From an uncultured archaeon (lineage in GTDB: Archaea; Altiarchaeota; Altiarchaeia; JAFGQM01): a stretch of 55,973 nt of DNA. Below the pieces are notes generated by a model. It was not told where the DNA came from and made no database searches. It was given only the letters and a program-made list of their open reading frames with translations. The translations under genes were made by a program, and so were the position numbers. How positions within the stretch are numbered: position 1 is the first letter of the stretch; each line of letters begins with the position of its first letter. The stretch lies in contig CAZINR010000002.1 in assembly GCA_964540655.1 (NCBI GenBank), positions 1,736 through 57,708 on the forward strand, read 5' to 3'. Below are positions 40,661-50,596 of this stretch, in pieces.

Positions 40661-41782
40661 TTATGTCACGATCTCCTTGAGTTTGTTTTGCTTTACGGCG
40701 TTTTTGATTTCAATCGCTATCCTCCTCCCTACGCTCATCTCCTCCCTGTGCAGATAACCGGAGTACGGAGTGAATTTGGTCCCTGGCGAGCCCTGGACCC
40801 TCAAGCTGATGTCGAACGTGACGGCCGTCTCCTTCGGCGGTCCCGGAATGAAAGTCGCCTGCAGTGCGAACGGCCCGATTATGCCGGGCGCGTATTCCTT
40901 CTTGCTGACCTCCACGAACCTCTCGCCCAGCTCGAAAACCTGCTCCAGCAGCGACTCTTTCATGGTGCAGGCGATGTGCCCCGCCTCTATGGACTTGGCC
41001 TCCACGTACTTGAGCGCTTCAATCTGCTGCGGTGCCGGCAGCCGCAGTATTCCGTCGAGGTTCGTTTGCCTTCGCGTGTCCGTCCCGAGCAGCTCCAGCC
41101 GATCCTCCAGCGGAGAATAGAAATAATTGAAGTTGACCTGCGCGCCCATTACGAACTCCTCGATTACCGCCTCCTTCAGCGCGTCTTCCGTTATGCGCCC
41201 GGCCTCGATGAGCTCGTTGGCCTTCTCCACGAACTCTTCCGGAGACGAGCAGAGGAAGAAGGCCCGTTCGTAGCTGCGCTGCTTCTCCGCCACCTTCACC
41301 AGCGCAAGCCGGTCGATGTCCTTGGCCTTTTTGAAAACCTTGGGAAACGGTATCCCTGCCTCCTCCATCAGCCAGTACTGGTTCTTGGGCGCGGTCCTCT
41401 CCTCTGCGCGCAAGAGGTTGCGCGACCCGAACAGCGGGATCTTGAACTCGTCCTCGATTTTATCGTAACCAACATACACCTCGAAAGAGCGGTGCGGCAG
41501 GAAGATGGTCCCCCGGTCCGCGAGCTTCTTCAGCACGTCCGGCTTTGTTATCTGCTCGAACTTGTCCAATATGATAGTCTCATCCACGACTCCCACGTTC
41601 CCACGGGCCTTGAAATACTCGTCATACGTCTTCTCACGGCCCTTCTGGCAGACCACGATGGTCTTGAATCCCTCGTCCTTGGCGCCCTTGGAGATGTCGA
41701 GCGCGGAATGCGAGCCCAGGGCCCCTATGGCGATGCCTTTGTACCCCGATACCATCCCCTGGATTTCGCTCCTCTCAATCAT
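40661..41782 (-). CDS. purP: PurP paralogue (FAICAR synthetase family)
   Basis: IGALGSHSALDISKGAKDEGFKT and an ATP-grasp body. The antisense ORF at 40595-41803 is rejected. Confidence 0.8.
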   Translation of the reverse strand: MIERSEIQGMVSGYKGIAIGALGSHSALDISKGAKDEGFKTIVVCQKGREKTYDEYFKARGNVGVVDETIILDKFEQITKPDVLKKLADRGTIFLPHRSFEVYVGYDKIEDEFKIPLFGSRNLLRAEERTAPKNQYWLMEEAGIPFPKVFKKAKDIDRLALVKVAEKQRSYERAFFLCSSPEEFVEKANELIEAGRITEDALKEAVIEEFVMGAQVNFNYFYSPLEDRLELLGTDTRRQTNLDGILRLPAPQQIEALKYVEAKSIEAGHIACTMKESLLEQVFELGERFVEVSKKEYAPGIIGPFALQATFIPGPPKETAVTFDISLRVQGSPGTKFTPYSGYLHREEMSVGRRIAIEIKNAVKQNKLKEIVT

Positions 41783-41821
41783 CTTTTTCCCCTGATTAAT
41801 TAGAAGCCGAGAGCTATAAAA

Positions 41822-42259
41822 CTACTCCACGGTTATGAAGATCTCCTTGTCGGCCTTGCCGTCCGCGTTTATGTCGAACTCGGTCTTGAACCGGCCCCTC
41901 TCATTCTGGGCTGACACCTTGAAATCCCTCTTTACTGTGTCGCCGGGTGCCATGGCCTCGATGCTCTGGACTGTGGAAGACAGATTGTCCAGATTGGGGG
42001 AGAGCCTCATAGTCACGGCCGCGTCAGATATCGTCTCCCGGAGGTTGGTCACCTCTGTGGTTATGGTCGTGGCGTCGAACCTCCCTACGGTGGTCCTGGA
42101 TGCGGAGAAGCAGACCTTGATACCGCCCTTCTCGACGCAGTCTCCGTACAGGACCACGGTTATTATCGAGACCAGGTATACCAGCGCGAAGACCACCAGT
42201 ATCAGAACCAGCAGCCCGACTATGTTCTTCCACTTGATTCTTCTAAACGTATCTAACAT
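41822..42259 (-). CDS. hypothetical membrane-anchored protein
   Basis: N-terminal TM segment (IVGLLVLILVVFALVYLV), then a beta-rich domain. Confidence 0.5.
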   Translation of the reverse strand: MLDTFRRIKWKNIVGLLVLILVVFALVYLVSIITVVLYGDCVEKGGIKVCFSASRTTVGRFDATTITTEVTNLRETISDAAVTMRLSPNLDNLSSTVQSIEAMAPGDTVKRDFKVSAQNERGRFKTEFDINADGKADKEIFITVE

Positions 42260-43100
42260 CTTGTTCCTCCGTCCCTATCCTGACCATGAGTCTGTCCCTT
42301 CCCGCGGACCGCAGTCTGTCGTCCTCGTTGCTGACCTCCGCCTCTATGACGTATTCTCCCTCTTCTGCGTCTCCGCCGACCGTCATCGGGAAATAGACCT
42401 CCCTCGAGCCGCCGGTTTCCAACTCGGGTATGATTTTGACATCGACCTCGCCCTCTCTGAATGATATGCCGCTGCCCTCGGGCGCTCTGACCAGGACCCT
42501 CACCGACTCCAGACTCTCGTCGTGCGTATTGGTCATCTCGACCCTGAGCCCGGCCGAGCTGCCCGGATACGTCCCCTCGACAGGCACGGCCGTCACCGTT
42601 ATTGGGATGGAGACTTCTTCGATAGCCGGGCCATCCTGCTCCGCCTCGCCGAATTCGACGCCCAGCAGGGCGGATGCGGCCATTATTATGACCACGATTA
42701 TGACAAAGATGAGCACCACCGATTTGGCCGCCACGTTGGCGAGCATGAGCTTCTCGGATTTCCGCACATCATCGCTCTCTTCTTCAAGCCTCTTCTTGTC
42801 TTCCATCTCATGCTTCTTTATCGTGCGCATAAGCGGCTTCTCCTTTATGTCCATCATGCGGTCCTGCACCTCCCGCAGCTTCTCCTCGTACTCGAATATC
42901 TTGTCCTGAGCCTCCTTCTCGTCTATCTTCTTGTGGTAGAACGATAGCTTTACATGCTCTATGGATTTCATCAGCCGCAGCCGCTCTGCCTGCAGCTTGC
43001 TGAGCACCTTCTGGAGCCGGTGCCTGCGGTGGTCGGTGGTCAGCATCAGGAATAGGATGAAAAGGGCTATGATTATGAGCACTATGGTCACCGGATCCAT
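42243..43100 (-). CDS. hypothetical membrane protein with a TM plus coiled-coil N-terminal module
   Basis: The N-terminal module LMKSIEHVKLSFYHKKIDEKEAQDKIFEYEEKL is shared with the protein at 50597-52156. Confidence 0.55.
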   Translation of the reverse strand: MDPVTIVLIIIALFILFLMLTTDHRRHRLQKVLSKLQAERLRLMKSIEHVKLSFYHKKIDEKEAQDKIFEYEEKLREVQDRMMDIKEKPLMRTIKKHEMEDKKRLEEESDDVRKSEKLMLANVAAKSVVLIFVIIVVIIMAASALLGVEFGEAEQDGPAIEEVSIPITVTAVPVEGTYPGSSAGLRVEMTNTHDESLESVRVLVRAPEGSGISFREGEVDVKIIPELETGGSREVYFPMTVGGDAEEGEYVIEAEVSNEDDRLRSAGRDRLMVRIGTEEQDVRYV

Positions 43101-43125
43101 CGAGGAAACTTAAGGGTGGAAATTA

Positions 43126-43353
43126 TTAAAATACCTGTGAGCACATCAGGGCTATGGCAAGGGTGACCACGCCTGCTGTTACTACCAGGGGCTCTCGTAT
43201 CACCAGCCCGCCCATTATCATGACGCCGCCGCCTATGAGCAAGATGGCGGGCATGGCCATCTGGTAGTCCTGGGCATAGAAGGTTATCGCCAGCAGCAAC
43301 AGAAATACGGCGACCAGCATCTCATAAGCGTATCCCGTTCCCTTCTCCTTCAT
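43126..43353 (-). CDS. small hydrophobic protein
   Basis: 75 aa, 2-3 TM segments. Confidence 0.4.
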   Translation of the reverse strand: MKEKGTGYAYEMLVAVFLLLLAITFYAQDYQMAMPAILLIGGGVMIMGGLVIREPLVVTAGVVTLAIALMCSQVF

Positions 43354-43463
43354 GTCAGTTTTAACGGGTTGAAGAATAAAAAGGTCAAGTCTTCGCCACT
43401 ATTTGGCCGGCTTGACCAGACCATAACTAATCCCGGGCAATCGGGTACCTTAGCGGTAAAAAA

Positions 43464-44603
43464 TCAGGAGAGGCCCTTCACAGTCGCCATCCGGTCGAAG
43501 GCCTGACCCAGGGTCTTGACGTCCGCGTTGCCGTAGCTCATGCGGATGCAACCCCGGCCTTGAGTGCCGAAGGGCGAACCGGGCACGGTCCCAACACCCG
43601 CCTCGATGAGCGAGTCGGCCAGCTTGACGTCGTCCTTGCCCTCGAAATACGGGAATATGTAGAAAGCCCCTCCGGGCTCTTGGCATGTGCAGTCGAACTC
43701 CTTTATCCGCTCCATGGAATAGTCTCGCCTCTTTTTGAATTCGGCCACCATGCTCTTCATCGCCTCCTGCGCCTCGCCGCTGAAGCAAGCCAGCGCCCCG
43801 TACTGCGCGAAAGTCACCGGGTTCGAGACGGACTGCTGCTGCAGCACGTTCATCTTCTGTATGACGTCGAACTCCGGGCATGCAGCATATCCCAGCCTCC
43901 AGCCGGTCATGGAGAACGGCTTGGAGAAGGCGTTGACCGTTATGGTCTTGTCATACTCGGACCCTATGCTGAAGTGCTCTCCCTCGTAGATTATAGTCTC
44001 GTAGCATTCGTCGGATATTATCCACATGTCGTTTGCTTTGGCGACCTTGATTATCTCCTTCAGGGCCTCTTCGGGGTACGCCGCTCCGGTGGGATTGTTG
44101 GGTGTGTTTACCACCACCATCTTGGCGCCCGAGCCGTCCAGCTCGCTGAGGAAGTCCTCATCCGGCACGAACCCGTTCTCGGCCTTCAATGGCAGCCAAG
44201 CAGTCTCGCCCCTGGCCAACTTTATCATGCTCTCATAGCTGACCCATGAGGGATTGGGCAAAGCTACTTTATCCCCCTCCTGCACCATCACCATGAATAT
44301 CTCGAAAAGTATGTTCTTGGCCCCCATGCTCACGATGACCTTCTCCGAGTCTATGTCCTTGATTCCGTTCTGTTTGCTCAACTTCTCGGCAATCTTCTCC
44401 CTCAGCTCGGGGATGCCCTTGCTCGGGCCGTAGTGCACCTTGCCCTCGTCCAGGGCCTTCTTGGCCGCCTCTTTCACCACTTCCGGGGTGTCGAACCCGG
44501 GCCTGCCTATGGTCAGGTTTATCATCCCCTCTTTCTTGGCCATCGCTGCGTACTTGAACGTGGCCGAAGGGGGTACGTCCAATATCCTGTCAGCAAACAT
44601 CAT
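43464..44603 (-). CDS. class I/II pyridoxal-phosphate aminotransferase (aspartate aminotransferase-like)
   Basis: Start moved to ATG at 44603 (MMFADRILDVPPS...) to avoid overlapping the eL15 gene. NPTG and SKPFSMTGWRLGY (PLP Lys) motifs. Confidence 0.85.
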   Translation of the reverse strand: MMFADRILDVPPSATFKYAAMAKKEGMINLTIGRPGFDTPEVVKEAAKKALDEGKVHYGPSKGIPELREKIAEKLSKQNGIKDIDSEKVIVSMGAKNILFEIFMVMVQEGDKVALPNPSWVSYESMIKLARGETAWLPLKAENGFVPDEDFLSELDGSGAKMVVVNTPNNPTGAAYPEEALKEIIKVAKANDMWIISDECYETIIYEGEHFSIGSEYDKTITVNAFSKPFSMTGWRLGYAACPEFDVIQKMNVLQQQSVSNPVTFAQYGALACFSGEAQEAMKSMVAEFKKRRDYSMERIKEFDCTCQEPGGAFYIFPYFEGKDDVKLADSLIEAGVGTVPGSPFGTQGRGCIRMSYGNADVKTLGQAFDRMATVKGLS

Positions 44604-44632
44604 TTTTATCGTAATGTTGCGCGCGGAAGGCC

Positions 44633-45232
44633 TTATCTCGCCTTCTCCGCGCCCTTGCCCCGCCTTCTCAGCCCCCTGCTCTTCCTGCCCGAGGGCGTGA
44701 GGCCCCTGTAGACCCTCCCGGAATGCTGCTTGGCGCATATCCAGTTGAGCTCCTTGTCTTTCTTGACATGGGGGTTGTCGGGGTCGATTAATATTATCTC
44801 GAAATACTTGTACTGTCCGTCCTCCCAGAGCCAGTATGAGCAGAGAACCTCGCAGTTGGGGAACTTGCGGTTAGCCCTCTCTTCGGCCAGGGTCTGCTTG
44901 CTCTTGCTGAGAGTGGCGTAATCGAACGCCTTCTTGGGCTTCCTGCCGCCGGAGGTCTGCCGCCTCTTGCGGCCGCCCTTGCCCACTCTCACGACCACTG
45001 CGACCAGCCCGGGCTTGTCCTTCCAGCCCAGCTCCCTGGCCCTCCAGGCCTTGAGCGGCTTGTCCTCTTTTACCACGGCCTCGCCCTTCCTCCAGGCGCG
45101 GCCCCTTTCCACCCAGACCTGCCGCAGCTCCTTTATGGTCTGCTTGTACTCGTCCGGGTCCTTCTCTTTGAGGGCCAGCACGGCTGCCCTCTTCTTCGGC
45201 TCTATTACGGTAAGAAATTTCTTCTCGTTCAT
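44633..45232 (-). CDS. rpl15e: 50S ribosomal protein L15e (eL15)
   Basis: VWVERGRAWRKGE...VVVRVGKGGRKRR...YWLWEDGQYKYFEIILIDP is the typical eL15 pattern. The family occurs only in archaea and eukaryotes. Confidence 0.85.
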   Translation of the reverse strand: MNEKKFLTVIEPKKRAAVLALKEKDPDEYKQTIKELRQVWVERGRAWRKGEAVVKEDKPLKAWRARELGWKDKPGLVAVVVRVGKGGRKRRQTSGGRKPKKAFDYATLSKSKQTLAEERANRKFPNCEVLCSYWLWEDGQYKYFEIILIDPDNPHVKKDKELNWICAKQHSGRVYRGLTPSGRKSRGLRRRGKGAEKAR

Positions 45233-45358
45233 TTTCAGCTCCTTGTTGCCTGCGCACTGAGCGCAGGAACCCTCAACTTACGTCGAGGTTCCGGTTCGGG
45301 GTCAGTCCCCACATTCCACACGGAGTCTTTTATGTTTGTAGGTGCTGCTATAAAAATC

Positions 45359-45805
45359 CTATTCCGGCGGCCCTTCCCATCCCGGGAGCCGTTGGCCTGT
45401 CGGGATCACGACATCCGCGCCCTTCTCATGCTGCGCATATATGTAAAAGTTCCCGCCATCGTCCACAAATCCGTGCTTCCTCAGGGAGCAGTCCACACCC
45501 CTTACATTCTTTCCGTCCGGCGTCTTCTTGGTCTCCCACTTCCCGCTGCGCACGGCCCTGTCAAGCCTCCTCTGCGCGAAGACATAACCGTCCCCGCATC
45601 TCCTGAACTCGCAGAACGAGGCGCTGCCGGGATTTTCTCCCCTGTCCGCGATGTTTATCCACGGGCCCTCCCCCCACCCGTCCCCGCCGTGCCTCATGTT
45701 GCAGCCGTCTGGCATGTAACCGGACTCTGCGCATTCCCGGCACGTAGTCCTCATGTCTTGCGGCCTCGTCAGCCTGCGCTGGTTTTTCTTGGGCCTAGTG
45801 GGCAT
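45359..45805 (-). CDS. hypothetical Cys-containing protein
   Basis: Start trimmed to ATG at 45805 (MPTRPKKNQRR...); no family recognised. Confidence 0.4.
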   Translation of the reverse strand: MPTRPKKNQRRLTRPQDMRTTCRECAESGYMPDGCNMRHGGDGWGEGPWINIADRGENPGSASFCEFRRCGDGYVFAQRRLDRAVRSGKWETKKTPDGKNVRGVDCSLRKHGFVDDGGNFYIYAQHEKGADVVIPTGQRLPGWEGPPE

Positions 45806-45868
45806 CCACCTTTTTTGCGGAGAAAGAATAAAAGCCCTCTTTTTTATCCCCCGACCCAAAATACTGGC

Positions 45869-46588
45869 ATGAACAAAAAGCGCTTCCTGCTGCCGCTCGT
45901 AATGCTGCTTATAGCGCTTCTTCTGCTGTTCCGCCTGCTTCGCACCACGTTCCTGACCCGCTTCCTCACAGTGGCCGCGGTCTTCGGCCCGGGCATGGCG
46001 GTCTCCTACGGCTTGACCTATCCCGGCTTCCAGCCACTGGCTTATCTCGCACTCCTCCTGTTCTTCGAAGTCATTTCCGTGCTGCTGGTTTACGTCGCCC
46101 TGAACCTCCTGCCGATCGAGCAGCGCTTTGAGAACAAGATACTCGACAAGGTGGCCCTCCACGTCCACAAGACCCGCCGCGACATGATGGGCAGGATGGA
46201 CTCCCTGTCCGTGAGGTTCCGCAGGAACTTCGGAGACTTGGGCTTCTACATGGCCCTCGCCCTGATAAGCTTTGCCTACGGTGTCTACGTGGCCGGGGCC
46301 ATAGCCTACTTCCTCAGGATACGCCTCAGGCGGGCCATGGTCGCCATAGGGATGGGCGCGCTCGTATCCATAGTCTTCTGGTGGTTCCTGGCCATAGGGG
46401 CGATACCCTTCGTCACCCCTCTGTTGGTCATCGGTGTGACCACCGGCGCATCCATAGTCTTCTTCGCCTATGGGTGGGTCCGTGAGAACAGGATAATCGA
46501 GAGGATAAGCGGGGAGCTGATGGACAAAGGAGGAAAGCTCGCCAGGGGCGTGATGGACAACATTGACAAGGTGGATCCGAGGATTTGA
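45869..46588 (+). CDS. small membrane protein (putative small multidrug-export-like family)
   Basis: Start trimmed to ATG at 45869 (MNKKRFLLPLVMLLIALL...); about 6 TM segments. The upstream 179 codons of the track ORF are rejected. Confidence 0.5.
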   Translation: MNKKRFLLPLVMLLIALLLLFRLLRTTFLTRFLTVAAVFGPGMAVSYGLTYPGFQPLAYLALLLFFEVISVLLVYVALNLLPIEQRFENKILDKVALHVHKTRRDMMGRMDSLSVRFRRNFGDLGFYMALALISFAYGVYVAGAIAYFLRIRLRRAMVAIGMGALVSIVFWWFLAIGAIPFVTPLLVIGVTTGASIVFFAYGWVRENRIIERISGELMDKGGKLARGVMDNIDKVDPRI

Positions 46589-46631
46589 GCCTTGCCCCTC
46601 TTTTTATTCCGAGCGACGCAAATAGCAGGAG

Positions 46632-47642
46632 ATGGGCGGCGTGAAAAAGACCTTAGATGCGATTGAAATAGACGGGCTGACCAAGGCTTACAACGGATCC
46701 AAGGCTGTCGATTCGGTCGGACTGTCAGTGGAGCCGGGTACGGTCTTCGGCCTCTTGGGCCCCAACGGCGCCGGCAAGACCACCCTCATCTCCATGCTCG
46801 TGACAATGCGGAGGCCTACTTCCGGGACAGCGCGGGTCAACGGCTTCGACATCTCGAAGCAGGCCGACTCGGTCAGGAAGAGCATAGGCATAGTATTCCA
46901 GGACCCTAGCCTAGACGACGAGCTGACCGCTTTGGAGAACCTTGAGATACACGCCGCCATGTACGGCGTTCCCAAGGACGTCAGGCAGAAGAGAATCGCT
47001 GAGCTGATGCGCATAGTCGGGCTGGAGGACAAACTGGGCGTAATCGTGAAGAAGTTCTCCGGCGGCATGAAGAGGCGCTTGGAGATAGCGCGAGGGCTGC
47101 TGCATCACCCCAAGGTTCTCTTCCTCGACGAGCCGACCATAGGGCTGGACCCCCAGACGCGCGCAGGCATATGGGAGCACATCGAGCAACTGAACAAATC
47201 CGAGAGCATCACCATCATCCTCACGACGCACTACATGGACGAGGCCGACAGCGTGTGCGACAAGATAGCGATAATAGACCACGGCAAGATAATCGCAGTC
47301 GGCTCGCCTGCGAGCCTAAAGAACAAGCTGGGCGGCGACGTCATATCAGTGAAGTGCAGCGACGGAGATTCCTGCATATCCAGACTTTCGGGTCTCGGGT
47401 GGGTCAAGTCGGTGGTGAAGCACGACGGGCACATAAACGTGCGCGTGGAGAAGGGGGAGGAGAAGATACCCGTGCTGCTGCAGCTGATGGAGAAGGCGGG
47501 CATTGCCGTGGAATCAGTGAGCCTCAGAAAACCCTCACTGGACGACGTCTTTTTGCACTACACGGGCCGCACCATACGGGAGGGCGAGGCCGACCCGAGG
47601 GCGGAGATGCGCCTCAGGCGCAAGGCATGGGGAAGACGATGA
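46632..47642 (+). CDS. ABC transporter ATP-binding protein (DrrA/ABC-2 type)
   Basis: Walker A GPNGAGKTT, signature FSGGMKRRL, Walker B LFLDEPT. Confidence 0.9.
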   Translation: MGGVKKTLDAIEIDGLTKAYNGSKAVDSVGLSVEPGTVFGLLGPNGAGKTTLISMLVTMRRPTSGTARVNGFDISKQADSVRKSIGIVFQDPSLDDELTALENLEIHAAMYGVPKDVRQKRIAELMRIVGLEDKLGVIVKKFSGGMKRRLEIARGLLHHPKVLFLDEPTIGLDPQTRAGIWEHIEQLNKSESITIILTTHYMDEADSVCDKIAIIDHGKIIAVGSPASLKNKLGGDVISVKCSDGDSCISRLSGLGWVKSVVKHDGHINVRVEKGEEKIPVLLQLMEKAGIAVESVSLRKPSLDDVFLHYTGRTIREGEADPRAEMRLRRKAWGRR

Positions 47643-48394
47643 ACAGGGAGATTGAAGGGATATACGCGCTTTGGAAGAGGGAGCTTGTCAGGTTCTTCAG
47701 GTCTAAATCCAGGCTCATAGGCAGCCTGGGGATGCCGTTCTTCTTCCTCGCCATCCTGGGAAGCGGCCTTAACAGCGCCATTGCGGTCCCGGCAGAGGGC
47801 GGCTACCTCCAGTTCATAACCCCCGGCATCATAGGGATGGTTTTGATGTTCGCATCGATGTTCTCCGGGATAATAGTCATCATGGACCGGCAGTTCGGTT
47901 TCTTGAAGGAGACTCTTGTGGCGCCCATAAGCAGGCTCTCGGTGGTGCTGGGCAAGGCGCTCGGCGGCGCCACCACCGCCGTGGTCCAGGGGATTCTGAT
48001 AATGGCCATGGCGATGCTGCTTGGAGCGCAGATTATGCTCGCCAATTTAATCCTCCTGCTTGTCTTCATGTTCCTGATTTCCCTGATGTTCGTCTCCCTG
48101 GGCATAGCCATCGCCTCGACCATGACGGACATGCACGGCTTCCAGCTTATAATGAACTTCTTGATAATGCCGCTCTTCTTCCTCAGCGGCGCGCTGTTCC
48201 CGCTTTCGTCGGCGCCGGAGATCCTCCGAACAGCCTCGCTCCTTGACCCGCTGACATATGGGGTCAATGGCCTACGTCATCTTCTACTCGGCATCTCCGA
48301 GATAGACTTCAGCATCTCTCTTCTGGTAATAACGGGATTCACTGCCGCGTTCATCCTGCTCGCCATCAGGCAGTTCAACCGCATAGAGGAGTAA
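47639..48394 (+). CDS. ABC-2 type transporter permease
   Basis: The ATG at 47639 overlaps the ATPase stop (ATGA). 6 TM segments. The start WKRELVRFFRSKSRL is typical. Confidence 0.8.
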   Translation: MNREIEGIYALWKRELVRFFRSKSRLIGSLGMPFFFLAILGSGLNSAIAVPAEGGYLQFITPGIIGMVLMFASMFSGIIVIMDRQFGFLKETLVAPISRLSVVLGKALGGATTAVVQGILIMAMAMLLGAQIMLANLILLLVFMFLISLMFVSLGIAIASTMTDMHGFQLIMNFLIMPLFFLSGALFPLSSAPEILRTASLLDPLTYGVNGLRHLLLGISEIDFSISLLVITGFTAAFILLAIRQFNRIEE

Positions 48395-48427
48395 GGTTTT
48401 TATTGCTCTGGACATAACCAAATTGGA

Positions 48428-49177
48428 ATGAGACTCGGGGACAAGGTGGCTATAGTGACCGGCTCCAGCAAGGGCATAGGCAGGGCGATAGCATTGGAGT
48501 TCGGCAAGGAGGGGGCAAAGGTCGTCACCAACGACCGCAAGCTCAAGGGCTCCGAGAAGACGGCCGACGAGATAGTCGCCAACGGCGGCGTGGCGATTGC
48601 GGTAAGGGCGGACGTGTCGAAGAAAAAGGACGTGGACCGCATGATTAAGCAGGTCGTCAAGCGCTTCGGGCGCATAGACGTGCTGGTCAACAACGCGGGC
48701 ATAGTCCGCTTCGACCCGATAACCAAGGTCAGCGAGAAGGAGTGGGACAAGGTCCTGGATGTCAACCTCAAGGGAACCTTCCTCTGCAGCCAGGCGGTCG
48801 CGAAGACCATGCTCAAGCAGAAGAGTGGAGTCATAATCAACATAGCATCCATAGCCGGCATGGTGGGCTTCCCCCAGCTGGCTCCCTATTGCGCCTCCAA
48901 GGGCGGCATAATCGAGCTTACCCGCGAACTGGCCATCGAGCTGGCTCCCAATAAGATAAGGGTCAACTGCATAGGCCCCGGTGCGATAGACACCGACATG
49001 ACCAAATCCATAAAGGAGGATAAGAAATCCATGAAATCTTATCTGGCCAAGATACCCCTGGCCCGCCTCGGAAAGCCGGAGGAGATTGCAAAGGCTGCGC
49101 TCTTCCTGGCTTCCGACGACTCCAGCTACATGACCGGCCAGGCGATTTTCGTGGACGGCGGCTGGCTGGCCCGCTGA
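48428..49177 (+). CDS. short-chain dehydrogenase/reductase (FabG-like)
   Basis: TGSSKGIGRA, NNAG and YCASKGG (YxxxK) motifs. Confidence 0.9.
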   Translation: MRLGDKVAIVTGSSKGIGRAIALEFGKEGAKVVTNDRKLKGSEKTADEIVANGGVAIAVRADVSKKKDVDRMIKQVVKRFGRIDVLVNNAGIVRFDPITKVSEKEWDKVLDVNLKGTFLCSQAVAKTMLKQKSGVIINIASIAGMVGFPQLAPYCASKGGIIELTRELAIELAPNKIRVNCIGPGAIDTDMTKSIKEDKKSMKSYLAKIPLARLGKPEEIAKAALFLASDDSSYMTGQAIFVDGGWLAR

Positions 49178-49211
49178 TTTTTTAGTCCGTCCCGTATAAC
49201 ATCATAACCCG

Positions 49212-50117
49212 ATGAGCGATTTGGTAATAACAGTATTGGAGGGAGCAGTCTTTGCCATCACGCCGTTTGTGTCAGCCTTGATAGTGGCCTTTCTGTTCAA
49301 GGTCTTCGCCAGAGAGGAGTTCCCGTCATGGATGGGGATACTCATCGGAATGGCCTTCGTGGGATTCGATGCCGGGGTACTGGGCCTGGCTGAGGCGGCC
49401 TCACTCCTGACTGGTTTCAAAATAATATTCGCCATGGTTCTGGCTGCCTGGGGGGTGAGGTTCGGCAATAAAATGGCGGAGAGGTTCTCCAAGCATCAAT
49501 TCAAGCAGGATGGCTACCGCCTGCTGAAGAGGAGTCTCTACAAGGTCAAGGGGCAGAACTTCATCGAGATAACCATGCCGCCCTACTCCGACATAGAGAA
49601 CATATACGGCAAGAAGCCGGTCAGCCATGATCTGAAGAAGGAGATAGGCGGGAAGAAGTTCGTTCTCCCGGCCGACCTCCCGGTGGAGATTCTAGAGGCG
49701 CGCATAAAGCGGCGCCTGCTCAACGACTGGAGGGTCGGCGACGCTATAATAAAGATGGACGAGAGCGGCCATGTGGTCAAGCTGGCGGTCTCTGCCAAGA
49801 AGACCCGCATAAGCAGCATAATCCCCAAGGACAAGGTCCTCCTCTCGTTCAAGCCGGAGAGCATACCGTTCGAGCTGGGCTACGGCGATATGATAGACAT
49901 AGTGGCGGAGGGGCTGACGGTCAAGAAGGTCGAGGTACTCAACGTTTCCGAGGGGGTCGTATCCGTTATACTGGACCCGGAAGACGCCGGCAAAATAGCC
50001 AAGAAGGTCAGCGGAGGGGTGCGCCCCTCGGTGGTAGTCTTCCCACACGTCAAGGAATCTGAAAAACCCATAAAGGAGAAGGACATCGAGAACCTGAAGG
50101 AAGCTCCCGATTCCTGA
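49212..50117 (+). CDS. hypothetical membrane protein with a soluble C-terminal domain
   Basis: Three N-terminal TM segments; no family recognised. Confidence 0.45.
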   Translation: MSDLVITVLEGAVFAITPFVSALIVAFLFKVFAREEFPSWMGILIGMAFVGFDAGVLGLAEAASLLTGFKIIFAMVLAAWGVRFGNKMAERFSKHQFKQDGYRLLKRSLYKVKGQNFIEITMPPYSDIENIYGKKPVSHDLKKEIGGKKFVLPADLPVEILEARIKRRLLNDWRVGDAIIKMDESGHVVKLAVSAKKTRISSIIPKDKVLLSFKPESIPFELGYGDMIDIVAEGLTVKKVEVLNVSEGVVSVILDPEDAGKIAKKVSGGVRPSVVVFPHVKESEKPIKEKDIENLKEAPDS

Positions 50118-50157
50118 CAGGCGAGCATTTATCTAACTTAGATGCTAAACTAGTCCC

Positions 50158-50550
50158 ATGGACAAGAAATACGCAATCGAATTCGCAAACGAAAACCCCG
50201 CCTGCTATCTCGCGACCGCCGACGGCAGCCAGCCGAGAGTGCGCGCGTTCATGCTCTGGTTCGCCGACGAGACGGGCTTCTACTTCGACACGGCCGACTA
50301 CAAGGACGTGTGTAAGCAACTGAAGAAGAACCCGAATGCCGAAGTCTGCTTCTACTCACCATCTGAGCACCGCATGATGCGCGTCTCCGGCAGCGTGGAG
50401 TTCGTGGAGGATGTCGATTTGAGGAGGAAGCTGTTCGAGGGAAAGGAGGACAACCCCAAGACAGTCATATTCAGGATGGGCTCCGGCAGGGTCCTCTTCT
50501 GGTGGAGGGATGAAGCCGGAAAGTCACAAAAAGAGGAAACCCCCTTTTAG
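50158..50550 (+). CDS. pyridoxamine 5'-phosphate oxidase-like FMN-binding protein
   Basis: CYLATADGSQPRVRAF...FYFDT...NPNAEVCFY matches the split-barrel PNPOx-like pattern. Confidence 0.65.
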   Translation: MDKKYAIEFANENPACYLATADGSQPRVRAFMLWFADETGFYFDTADYKDVCKQLKKNPNAEVCFYSPSEHRMMRVSGSVEFVEDVDLRRKLFEGKEDNPKTVIFRMGSGRVLFWWRDEAGKSQKEETPF

Positions 50551-50596
50551 GATGCCCGACACTTCCGTTTTTTAACGAGTCCCCCTTAATTAGACG

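Noticed and set aside
45332-45868. N-terminal extensions of track ORFs: 45332-46588, 47171-48394, 43464-44738, 52544-52978, 3930-5282, 9943-10980, 17528-18313 and 14897-15643.
   Set aside because: The extensions overlap neighbouring genes or have Arg/Pro-rich shadow composition. Internal ATGs placed directly after the upstream stop give sensible N-termini (TM helices, Rossmann starts).
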